Positions 1 through 7,195 of a stretch of 64,000 nucleotides of DNA are shown here, in pieces. The stretch spans positions 4,197 to 68,196 of the forward strand of contig CAUWCT010000043.1 in the NCBI GenBank assembly GCA_963557065.1. The letters run 5' to 3'. Origin of the DNA: an uncultured Lachnospiraceae bacterium (GTDB lineage: Bacteria > Bacillota > Clostridia > Lachnospirales > Lachnospiraceae). Every line of letters begins with the position of its first letter. Position 1 is the stretch's first letter. Both the position numbers and the translations under genes were made by a program. The notes under the pieces were generated by a model. That model did no database searches and was not told the origin of the DNA. It was given only the letters and a program-made list of their open reading frames with translations.

Positions 1-1355
1 AGCATCAGAAAATCCACGTCGGGAAGGATTTCGTATCTGATACATTCCCGTTTCAGCGTCAGCAGCGCCCTGTTGCAGGCATCCAGCAGTTTTTTTATCT
101 TTTCTGAACGGTTATGGAAAATCCGTTTAACCAGAAGGACGTCTTCCTTTTTCAAAGCCGCGCTGTACATCTCTCTGGCCCGTCCTACCAGGTTATGGGC
201 CTCGTCTGTCAAAAACAGGTATTTACCCGTTGTGTTTCCTTCTGCAAAATACCGTTTCAGCTTTACGTCTGGATCAAAGACATAGTTATAGTCGCAGATA
301 ATGGCATCTGTCCAGTTGGTTATGTCCAGACAGAACTCAAATGGGCAGACCTGATACTGCTTTGCATATTGGAGAACAATCTCCCTGGTTATTCCAAACT
401 CCTGATGAATAATGTCAAATACTGCGTCATTTACCCGGTCATAATGGCCTTTTGCATAGGGACAGGCGTCTGGATTGCACTCCGTTTTTTCCTGAAAACA
501 AAGCTTTTCTTTGGCCGTAATGGTCACGCTTTTTAAATACAGCCCCTTTTCCCGCAGGATCTGAAAGGTCTCTTCCGCTACCGTCCTGGTAATGGTTTTC
601 GCAGTCAGATAAAAAAGTTTGTCCGCCTTTTCTTCCCCCATGGCCTTTAAAGCCGGATAAACGCAGGATAAAGTCTTTCCAATGCCGGTAGGCGCCTGAA
701 TGAACAGGTTTCTCTCCTGCGCAATGCTTTTATAAACAGAAATTGCCAGCTCCTTCTGCCCTTTCCGGTAGGGGTAGGGAAATTCCAGTTCTTTTATGGA
801 CTCTGTCCTGCGGACTGCATTGCGGTACAGATATTCGGCCCATTTTACGTATTCATGGATCAGCCCTAAAAACCACTGGCTCAATTCTTCCCAGGACCAT
901 TCTTTCCGGAACCGGCGGATTTCCTCGGTTTCAATATTGCAGTACGTAATCTGTATCCCAATAGAAGAAAGATTGTGTTTCAGGCCGTACAGATAACCGT
1001 AGCAGGCCGCCTGGGCCATATGTACCGGAACTGCTTCTTCCAGTCGGTTTACATCCATATACATACATTTAATCTCGTCAATGGTCACTCCGGAAGGTTC
1101 TGTCAGAATTCCGTCTGCCCGTCCCTCTACCTGGATGAGAAAGCCTTCCTCCTGAATCTGATGCTTTAACGGTACTTCCGCCTGGTATCCGGCTCCCATC
1201 CTTTTTTGAATCTTGCGGTGCAGACGGCTTCCTGCCTGCATGGCTTCCCTTTGCGATCCTGCGGTCTTCCGGTTGTCCAAGTCTCCGGATCGCAGGACAA
1301 ATTCTACCAGGTTCCGGACAGAAATCCGGATCACTGTGTTGGAATCCTGGCTCAT
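1..1355 (-). CDS. DinG/XPD-family ATP-dependent DNA helicase with an N-terminal PD-(D/E)XK-like nuclease module. Only the first 451 codons are present; the C-terminus lies left of the window.
   Basis: My own minus-strand translation from the ATG at 1355 (absent from the ORF track because there is no in-window stop): MSQDSNTVIRISVRNLVEFV... It has Walker A QAPTGIGKT, a DEAH box (FLTDEAHNL) and the Cys cluster CFQEKTECNPDAC...CPFEFC typical of the XPD/DinG Fe-S domain. The frame is open to position 1. Confidence 0.8.
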   Translation of the reverse strand, partial: MSQDSNTVIRISVRNLVEFVLRSGDLDNRKTAGSQREAMQAGSRLHRKIQKRMGAGYQAEVPLKHQIQEEGFLIQVEGRADGILTEPSGVTIDEIKCMYMDVNRLEEAVPVHMAQAACYGYLYGLKHNLSSIGIQITYCNIETEEIRRFRKEWSWEELSQWFLGLIHEYVKWAEYLYRNAVRRTESIKELEFPYPYRKGQKELAISVYKSIAQERNLFIQAPTGIGKTLSCVYPALKAMGEEKADKLFYLTAKTITRTVAEETFQILREKGLYLKSVTITAKEKLCFQEKTECNPDACPYAKGHYDRVNDAVFDIIHQEFGITREIVLQYAKQYQVCPFEFCLDITNWTDAIICDYNYVFDPDVKLKRYFAEGNTTGKYLFLTDEAHNLVGRAREMYSAALKKEDVLLVKRIFHNRSEKIKKLLDACNRALLTLKRECIRYEILPDVDFLM

Positions 1356-1414
1356 ATCAGACTGTCCCCTTTCTCTCGTCTCTCATTCTACCACAGATTC
1401 CCCGTATTCGGAAA

Positions 1415-1461
1415 GCAAAAAACCACCGGGGAACCAAAATCTCTTTTGTCCCTGATGGTTT
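1415..1461 (-). terminator. Rho-independent terminator downstream of the flagellin gene
   Basis: Minus strand AAAACCATCAGGG-N18-CCCCGGTGGTTTTTT: a 13-bp stem with one mismatch and one G.U, running into a T tract. Confidence 0.6.
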
Positions 1462-1472
1462 TGTCTTTTTAT

Positions 1473-1493
1473 GTAACAGTTTAGCCATGCATG
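1473..1493. repeat. Solo terminal fragment of the 151-bp MITE family (GTAACAGTTtAGCCATGCATg)
   Basis: A 20/21 match to the first 21 nt of the intact copy at 22837. Similarity stops abruptly after that. The fragment lies 4 nt from the flagellin stop codon. Confidence 0.6.
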
Positions 1494-1497
1494 TTTT

Positions 1498-2925
1498 TTA
1501 TCCCTGCTGAATCATATTTAATACTGATTCCGGCACGAGATTAGCCTGGTTCAGCATAAACTGGGATGCCTGCAAAATAATATTGTTTTTTGTCATTTCC
1601 GTAATTTCTTCTGCCATATCTGTATCCCGTATATTGCTTTCTGCTGTTGTAATATTCTCATTGTAGCAGGTCAGCGTATTATACGTGTGCTCCAGCCGGT
1701 TTTCATAAGCTCCCATACGCCCCCGCTCTGTGCTTAAATGATCAATGGCATTGTCCAGCAGATCAATGGCCGCAGAAGCTCCCGGCTGAGTCGTCAGATC
1801 CACTCCTGCGATCTTTAAATCGGCGGCGCTTAAATAGGGAAGATCCACATATAACGTTTCTTTTTTGGAAGGCCCAATCTGAAATACAATATCTCCCCCT
1901 GTCCCCGGATCTACCGCAACTCCCTCGCCGAATTTCCCGTCATTCGGATAGGTGTTATGGTTGGTGTTAAATTGGGGCCAGTCCCAATTTGGCCAACTCC
2001 CAGTCGGCAAATTCTGGGGAGGCGGAGCGCTGGAGCGATCATCATATACGATTAATTTATTGGGATTCGTTGGATCCACAACCAGCTTTGTATAATGATT
2101 GTCCGGATTGCCGTTATCCGCCCCGGCTATAATGGCCTGCACCAAATCCTGGGCGCTGCCAATGTTGTCAATCCCGATATTATAAATGTAATGGCTTCCG
2201 CTTCTGTCCACGCTGTTGGTGTTCCCATCTGTAAATTTAATGCTGTAATGATTATTACAGGTAAAACAGGTCATGTAAAACCCGCCCTCTTTTAATTCCT
2301 TTTTCTGAGCATCCGTTCCTGTATATGCGCTAAAGTCCAGATAGGTAGCCGCATGATCGATCTGATATTTGGTCTCTGTTCCGGTCGCCTGATCTTTAAA
2401 GACCTCCTCGGTTGTATAACTTTCATTTAAATACCCATTCTGCATAGAAGAATCTGTGCCCACCCAAGGCGGAAGGGTTCCTTCATAGGTCACTGTAGGC
2501 CCCTGCTGCTTTCCCCGCAGCAGCTGAACTCCATTAAATTCTGTGTGCTCTGAAATCCGATCAATTTCCAATAAAATTGCATCCACCTCTTCCTGAATGG
2601 CCTCTCTGCTGGTATCATTATAGGTGCCATTGGCAGACTGAATGCTTAATTCGTGTATGCGCCCCAACATAGCGTGTATCTCCTGCATCGCTCCTTCTGC
2701 TGTCCGTACCAGTCCGATTCCGTCCTGGGTATTTCTGGCAGCCTGATCCAGCCCCTTTATCATAGCCCGCATACCCTCTGAAATTGCAAGCCCTGCTGCA
2801 TCATCCCCTGCCCGGTTAATGCGGTAACCAGAAGAAAGCCGTTCCAGGCTGCGGCTCATATTTTTTCTGTTTGTATTTAAATTCCGCTTTGCATTAAGCC
2901 CCGGCAGATTATGCTGTATATACAT
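1498..2925 (-). CDS. fliC: Flagellin (475 aa from the ATG at 2925)
   Basis: N-terminus MYIQHNLPGLNAKRNL...LERLSSGYRINRAGDDAAGLAISE and C-terminus ...TDMAEEITEMTKNNIILQASQFMLNQANLVPESVLNMIQQG are the canonical D0/D1 flagellin helices. The listed 515-aa ORF has a 40-aa extension that would start inside the promoter. GGAAGGTG precedes 2925. Confidence 0.93.
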   Translation of the reverse strand: MYIQHNLPGLNAKRNLNTNRKNMSRSLERLSSGYRINRAGDDAAGLAISEGMRAMIKGLDQAARNTQDGIGLVRTAEGAMQEIHAMLGRIHELSIQSANGTYNDTSREAIQEEVDAILLEIDRISEHTEFNGVQLLRGKQQGPTVTYEGTLPPWVGTDSSMQNGYLNESYTTEEVFKDQATGTETKYQIDHAATYLDFSAYTGTDAQKKELKEGGFYMTCFTCNNHYSIKFTDGNTNSVDRSGSHYIYNIGIDNIGSAQDLVQAIIAGADNGNPDNHYTKLVVDPTNPNKLIVYDDRSSAPPPQNLPTGSWPNWDWPQFNTNHNTYPNDGKFGEGVAVDPGTGGDIVFQIGPSKKETLYVDLPYLSAADLKIAGVDLTTQPGASAAIDLLDNAIDHLSTERGRMGAYENRLEHTYNTLTCYNENITTAESNIRDTDMAEEITEMTKNNIILQASQFMLNQANLVPESVLNMIQQG

Positions 2926-2965
2926 ACTTCTCAACACCTTCCCAATTATTCTGTCCTTTGCTATT

Positions 2966-2994
2966 ATTATAGGAAAGAACCAAAATACCGTCAA
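2966..2994 (-). promoter_or_regulatory. Sigma-A-type promoter candidate for flagellin (TTGACG-17 nt-TATAAT)
   Basis: Read on the minus strand, the -35 is 2989-2994 and the -10 is 2966-2971, about 40 nt upstream of the ATG at 2925. Confidence 0.55.
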
Positions 2995-3043
2995 CGCTGC
3001 CAGGCTGTTATTTTTGCTATACCAATCTTCTTTTTTGTCAATC

Positions 3044-3072
3044 AAAAAAGCAGATCTCCTGGACCTGCTTTT
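3044..3072 (-). terminator. Rho-independent terminator after the HPr-like gene
   Basis: Minus strand AAAAGCAG-N11-CTGCTTTT followed by TT: an 8-bp stem plus a T6 tract, 12 nt after the stop at 3084. Confidence 0.6.
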
Positions 3073-3083
3073 CTCAATCCTTC

Positions 3084-3323
3084 TTATGCAACTGCAATAT
3101 TTTTCTCCAAATCCTCTAACAATTCTTCAAACTCATCATTCTCGCCATTGTACTCTACCGTAAGCACTCTGGTCAAATCCAGACTCAGTACGCCCAGCAA
3201 AGATTTGGCATCAATAATAATCCGATTATAAAATATGTTAATATCAAAATCACATTTTCCTGCTTCTTTTACAAACTCTTTTGCAGCCGCAACAGATGGC
3301 AGCATGATTTTCTTCTGTTTCAT
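3084..3323 (-). CDS. HPr-fold protein lacking the His15 phosphorylation site but keeping the Ser46 motif (Crh-like paralog), 79 aa
   Basis: DAKSLLGVLSL aligns gap-free with B. subtilis HPr NLKSIMGVMSL, and YNRIIID aligns with YNGKTVN. The His15 position is Ser10 and the Arg17 position is Ala. ATG at 3323 is preceded by AAGGAG; the track start at 3335 is TTG. Confidence 0.7.
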   Translation of the reverse strand: MKQKKIMLPSVAAAKEFVKEAGKCDFDINIFYNRIIIDAKSLLGVLSLDLTRVLTVEYNGENDEFEELLEDLEKNIAVA

Positions 3324-3380
3324 AAAATAAATCAACTCCTTTGATGGTGATAAAAATTAAAAGTGATTTGTATTCCAATA

Positions 3381-3409
3381 TATATATCACGAATGTCAAT
3401 TCTTGTCAA
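3381..3409 (-). promoter_or_regulatory. Sigma-A promoter candidate for the HPr-like gene (TTGACA-17-TATATA)
   Basis: On the minus strand the -35 is 3404-3409 and the -10 is 3381-3386. Confidence 0.45.
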
Positions 3410-3509
3410 ATTTTTGGTTATATTTTTGTAAACGCTTACATTTTATGCGTTTTTTCCAGTTTACAGAATTCCCGTTTCTCCTTTTTTCGCAAAATAGCCA
3501 CACTTTTTT

Positions 3510-3573
3510 CGACAAAAAAATTGGCATCCCCTCTGCAGTTATCGATTTCGCATGAAAGAGAATGCCAATTTTT
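3510..3573 (-). terminator. Terminator after pfp, with a duplicated 5' arm
   Basis: Minus strand AAAAATTGGCAT ... ATGCCAATTTTTTT. A second copy of AAAAATTGGCAT (3582-3593) overlaps the pfp stop codon, so two alternative stems are possible. Confidence 0.55.
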
Positions 3574-3591
3574 CTGTATTTATGCCAATTT

Positions 3592-4833
3592 TTAGCGTTT
3601 CAGCACCAGATGCTGAGGAAGTCCATTTACCATAAATGGCTGATAATCTCCCTGGATCAAGGGCTCTATATAATTTAAGAACTCTTCTGTCACATAGTTT
3701 CCTTCTTTATTGATCCAGTTTCTCGGAACCAGTTTTTCATTGTTTGCAATGCGGTGAACATCATAAATGCCGGCCGCGCTCATATAGGGATCATCGGAAA
3801 TGCGATCAATGACTACCATCTTTCCAGTGTCTCCCTCGTCTGCTGCCTTGACAGCGGCGCCACCCACCATAAACGCTTCATTGACATCCACTCTGGATGC
3901 CATATGAGATGCGCTTCTCTGAAGAGTGGAAAACTCCACGCTTCTGGTCTTACAGCCTATCTCTGCTCCCATAAATCCGGCCAGATAAGCAGCCGTTCCC
4001 TGAAGCTGTTTGTGTCCAAAGGCGTCCACATACTCTCCTCCTCCGGAAAGTTCGCACACGTAACGGCCGTCCGCCAGCTTGATTCCTTCTGATACTGCAA
4101 TTACAATGGAACTTTTCTTCTTTAAAAGTTCCCGTACTTTTTTTAGACATTTATCCAAATCAAAAGGAAGTTCCGGAAGATAAATCAAATCCGGACCCTC
4201 GCATTCTTCCGTCTTTGCCAGAGCAGTGGCTCCTGTGAGCCATCCTGCATTGCGGCCCATTACCTCAATAATGGTAATCATACTCTTATTATAAGTAAGA
4301 CCCAATGCGTCTCTGATAATCTCTTTGGTGGATGCTCCAATATACTTGGCAGCGCTGCCAAAACCGGGAGTATGATCCGTCAGAGCCAAATCATTGTCTA
4401 TGGTCTTGGGAACCCCCAAAAACTTTTGACTGTGTCCCTTTACAATGGCATAATCCGACAATTTTTTAATCGTATCCATGGAATCATTGCCGCCAATATA
4501 GATAAAGACCTCTATCTGCAGCTTATCCAGAATCCCGAAAATCTTTTCGTATACCTCCGGATTGGTGTGAATCTCCGGCAGTTTATAGCGGCAGGAACCC
4601 AAAAACGCAGACGGAGTCCGTTTTAATAATTCAATATCCATATCGGAATGAATCTGCGTGGATAAATCTACATACTGTTCATCCAACAACCCCTGAATCC
4701 CATGAAGCATTCCGTATACTTTATGAAATCCTCTCTCCTTGGCAGTCTTATAAACCCCTGCCAAACTGGAATTAATGACAGACGTAGGCCCGCCGGACTG
4801 TCCCACGATAATATTTCTCTTTTTCTGCGCCAT
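3592..4833 (-). CDS. pfp: 6-phosphofructokinase of the long (about 413 aa) type, probably pyrophosphate-dependent (PPi-PFK)
   Basis: GQSGGPTSVINSSL, IGGNDSMDT and VPKTIDNDL. Asp and Lys occupy the positions equivalent to E. coli PfkA Gly104 and Gly124. ATG at 4833 is preceded by GGGGGA. The longer track ORF would start inside the -35 box. Confidence 0.85.
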   Translation of the reverse strand: MAQKKRNIIVGQSGGPTSVINSSLAGVYKTAKERGFHKVYGMLHGIQGLLDEQYVDLSTQIHSDMDIELLKRTPSAFLGSCRYKLPEIHTNPEVYEKIFGILDKLQIEVFIYIGGNDSMDTIKKLSDYAIVKGHSQKFLGVPKTIDNDLALTDHTPGFGSAAKYIGASTKEIIRDALGLTYNKSMITIIEVMGRNAGWLTGATALAKTEECEGPDLIYLPELPFDLDKCLKKVRELLKKKSSIVIAVSEGIKLADGRYVCELSGGGEYVDAFGHKQLQGTAAYLAGFMGAEIGCKTRSVEFSTLQRSASHMASRVDVNEAFMVGGAAVKAADEGDTGKMVVIDRISDDPYMSAAGIYDVHRIANNEKLVPRNWINKEGNYVTEEFLNYIEPLIQGDYQPFMVNGLPQHLVLKR

Positions 4834-4867
4834 AACAAACATCCCCCTGTTCTCATACTTTCTTTCT

Positions 4868-4896
4868 ATTATAGCAAAGGAAATCTCCCTTTTCAA
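4868..4896 (-). promoter_or_regulatory. Sigma-A promoter candidate for pfp (TTGAAA-17-TATAAT)
   Basis: On the minus strand the -35 is 4891-4896 and the -10 is 4868-4873. Confidence 0.55.
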
Positions 4897-5041
4897 CCAA
4901 AATTTGGATACTATGTATATTTTTATTTGTATACAAGCTATACATTTGTATGTTTTTCACACTCAACTCTCTAAGATACTGTTGTCTCATTTTCTTATGA
5001 CGGAACTGTTACAATTTTTCAAAAAATTTGAAAAATAATCA

Positions 5042-5070
5042 TTGACAGTCCTTCTCGATTGTGCTATTAT
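5042..5070 (+). promoter_or_regulatory. Sigma-A promoter candidate for tRNA-Trp (TTGACA-17-TATTAT)
   Basis: -35 at 5042-5047 and -10 at 5065-5070, about 30 nt upstream of the tRNA. Confidence 0.55.
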
Positions 5071-5103
5071 AATGGAGCACGAGGCAAACAGCCAAGCGCA
5101 CAA

Positions 5104-5174
5104 AGGGGAATAGTTCAATGGTAGAGCAGCGGTCTCCAAAACCGTAGATGGGGGTTCGAGCCCCTCTTCCCCTG
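5104..5174 (+). tRNA. trnW: tRNA-Trp (anticodon CCA); the 3' CCA is not encoded
   Basis: Acceptor stem AGGGGAA/TTCCCCT with discriminator G, D-loop AGTTCAATGGTAGAGC, anticodon loop CTCCAAA, and T-loop GGTTCGAGCCC. Confidence 0.93.
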
Positions 5175-5218
5175 TTTCCTTTGGGAAGAATTATAAGTGT
5201 GAAAAAGTGTGGGAAAAC

Positions 5219-5248
5219 TTCGGAGTATGATTACTCCGGAGTTTTTTT
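5219..5248. terminator. Bidirectional hairpin terminator between tRNA-Trp and the radA 3' end
   Basis: CGGAGTA-TGAT-TACTCCG (5221-5238), followed by T7 on the plus strand and by TTTT on the minus strand. Confidence 0.65.
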
Positions 5249-5301
5249 GTACCTATAATAGCAGTATACAGGGGGCATTGCCTCTGTATACTGATGCTGC
5301 T

Positions 5302-6708
5302 CTATATCAGCCCAATGGCCTCTTTTATATTGCGGACTCCTATCAGCCGGATCCTGTCTGTGGGCTTCATTTTTTCCAGACACAGCTGGGGCAGAACGCA
5401 GGTGGTAAATCCCAGCTTTACCGCTTCCGCCACTCTCTGCTCCGCCATGGATACCGCCCGGACTTCTCCGGACAGCCCCACTTCTCCAAATAAAATGATC
5501 CCCGGGTCCACCGGCCTGTCTTTATAGCTGGAAATCAACGCCATCACAATCGCCAGATCCAAAGCCGGTTCATTCATCTTCATGCCTCCGGCTATATTGA
5601 CATAGGCATCAAATCTGGCCAAATCATAATGACACCGCTTTTCCAGCACTGCCATTAAAAGATTCACCCGGTTGTAATCCGTTCCGGCAGCCGTTCTCCT
5701 GGGCATTCCAAAGCTGGTCTCTGTCACCAGCGCCTGCACTTCCAAAAGAATGGGCCTGGTTCCCTCAATGAGACATGCCACAACCGCCCCGGACGCATCC
5801 TGGGGCCGTCCGGAAAGCATATATTCAGATGGATTTTCCACTTCTGCCAGTCCCGTCTCCTGCATCTCAAACACACCGATCTCATTGGTGGAACCAAAGC
5901 GGTTTTTGACTCCCCGAAGAATCCGGTAAGACGCATGGCGGTCCCCCTCAAAATACAGAACCGTATCTACCATATGTTCTAAGACTCTCGGCCCTGCCAC
6001 TACCCCTTCTTTGGTCACATGTCCTACAATGAAAACCGTAATGCCCAGGCCCTTTGCAATCTGCATCAGCAGACTGGTAGACTCCCGGACCTGGCTGACG
6101 CTGCCTGGCGCAGAAGTCACTTCTTCCCGAAACATAGTCTGAATAGAGTCGATGATTACCACTTCCGGCTTTTCTCTGCCGATCACTCCCTCTATCTGTT
6201 CCAGATTCGTCTCGCACAAAAAGCGGAGATCGCCGGTCACATGGCCTATCCGGTTGGCTCTGAGCTTAATCTGTTTTAAGGACTCTTCTCCGGAAATATA
6301 TAAGACTCTTCTGCCGTCATTTGCCAGATTGCGGCAGACCTGTAAAAGCAGGGTGGATTTTCCAATTCCCGGATCTCCTCCCACTAACACCAGAGAACCT
6401 TTTACAATTCCATCCCCCAAAACCCGATCCAATTCTAAAAAACCAGTAGAAATCCGATCCGTTTCCTCTACGGAAATTTCAGATAAAAGAGAGGGATGAA
6501 GGGCTGTCTCTCCATTTTTAGAAGCTTTTCCTCCCAATCCCCCTAAACTGCGGGAAGCCGCAAGGCCAAGGCCCCGCGGCTCCTTTTTTTCAACCGGCTC
6601 TTCTACGAATGTGTTCCACTCTTTGCAGGCCGGGCACTGGCCCATCCATTTCGGGGATTCATACCCGCATTCCCTGCAAAAAAATACTGTCGTCTTCGCC
6701 TTTGCCAT
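5302..6708 (-). CDS. radA: DNA repair protein RadA/Sms
   Basis: N-terminal zinc ribbon CRECGYESPKWMGQCPACKEWN, Walker A GDPGIGKST, the KNRFG motif and a Lon-like C-terminal domain. Confidence 0.95.
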   Translation of the reverse strand: MAKAKTTVFFCRECGYESPKWMGQCPACKEWNTFVEEPVEKKEPRGLGLAASRSLGGLGGKASKNGETALHPSLLSEISVEETDRISTGFLELDRVLGDGIVKGSLVLVGGDPGIGKSTLLLQVCRNLANDGRRVLYISGEESLKQIKLRANRIGHVTGDLRFLCETNLEQIEGVIGREKPEVVIIDSIQTMFREEVTSAPGSVSQVRESTSLLMQIAKGLGITVFIVGHVTKEGVVAGPRVLEHMVDTVLYFEGDRHASYRILRGVKNRFGSTNEIGVFEMQETGLAEVENPSEYMLSGRPQDASGAVVACLIEGTRPILLEVQALVTETSFGMPRRTAAGTDYNRVNLLMAVLEKRCHYDLARFDAYVNIAGGMKMNEPALDLAIVMALISSYKDRPVDPGIILFGEVGLSGEVRAVSMAEQRVAEAVKLGFTTCVLPQLCLEKMKPTDRIRLIGVRNIKEAIGLI

Positions 6709-6711
6709 AAA

Positions 6712-7122
6712 TTATCTCTTCTCCACCCGAATATCTGCGGCTGCGCCTTCTCCCAACTCTACGCTGACTACCAGCTTGCCGCTCATGTTGGTCTTCATCC
6801 CGCCTACAGAAACGCCGTCCACATAAACTTCATAGTCGCTGTCATCCTCTAACTGGATGGTAAGCTGTGCATCCTTATCTCCTTTTACAATACAGCTGCA
6901 TCCTCTGTCGGTCACATGAAACTTTTCTACTGCTGTTCCCGGCACAGATTCATAGACAAACATCCCATTTCTTTCTAATTTGGTCATTTCATAAAAGGTT
7001 TTTACTTTATACAAGTCTCCCTGATGTTCAAAATTGTCTAATTTTGCCTTGGCAGACCGTTTATAATCTCCAAAACTGATGCTTCCGTCGGCTTCGCTGC
7101 GGATTAATTCATTTGCTGGCAT
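6712..7122 (-). CDS. Hypothetical 136-aa protein wedged between clpC and radA
   Basis: ATG at 7122 follows AGGAGG. The stop lies 3 nt before the radA start. I recognise no motif. The listed 159-aa version has a hydrophobic extension without an RBS. Confidence 0.6.
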   Translation of the reverse strand: MPANELIRSEADGSISFGDYKRSAKAKLDNFEHQGDLYKVKTFYEMTKLERNGMFVYESVPGTAVEKFHVTDRGCSCIVKGDKDAQLTIQLEDDSDYEVYVDGVSVGGMKTNMSGKLVVSVELGEGAAADIRVEKR

Positions 7123-7195
7123 TTCTTTATCCTCCTGGTATTTTGCTGTAAATAGTATGGCTATTATAGCATTTTTTTGTAAAAATAACAAGTTT

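Noticed and set aside
2926-3045. N-terminal extensions of listed ORFs: flagellin to 3045, pfp to 4896, yicC to 24979, rqcH from 24940, GDPD to 27658, serS to 35288, pdxK to 36260, tepA to 56374, mcsB to 10776, GntR to 11771, and others.
   Set aside because: The extensions begin at non-ATG codons or lack an RBS, run through predicted promoters, terminators or repeats, and are absent from the conserved family N-termini. Internal ATGs with good Shine-Dalgarno spacing were chosen instead.
5003-5013. An 11-nt match (GAACTGTTACA) to the MITE terminus, upstream of the tRNA-Trp promoter.
   Set aside because: It is too short and has no adjacent element sequence. The chance expectation in 2 x 64 kb is not negligible, so I do not count it as a copy.
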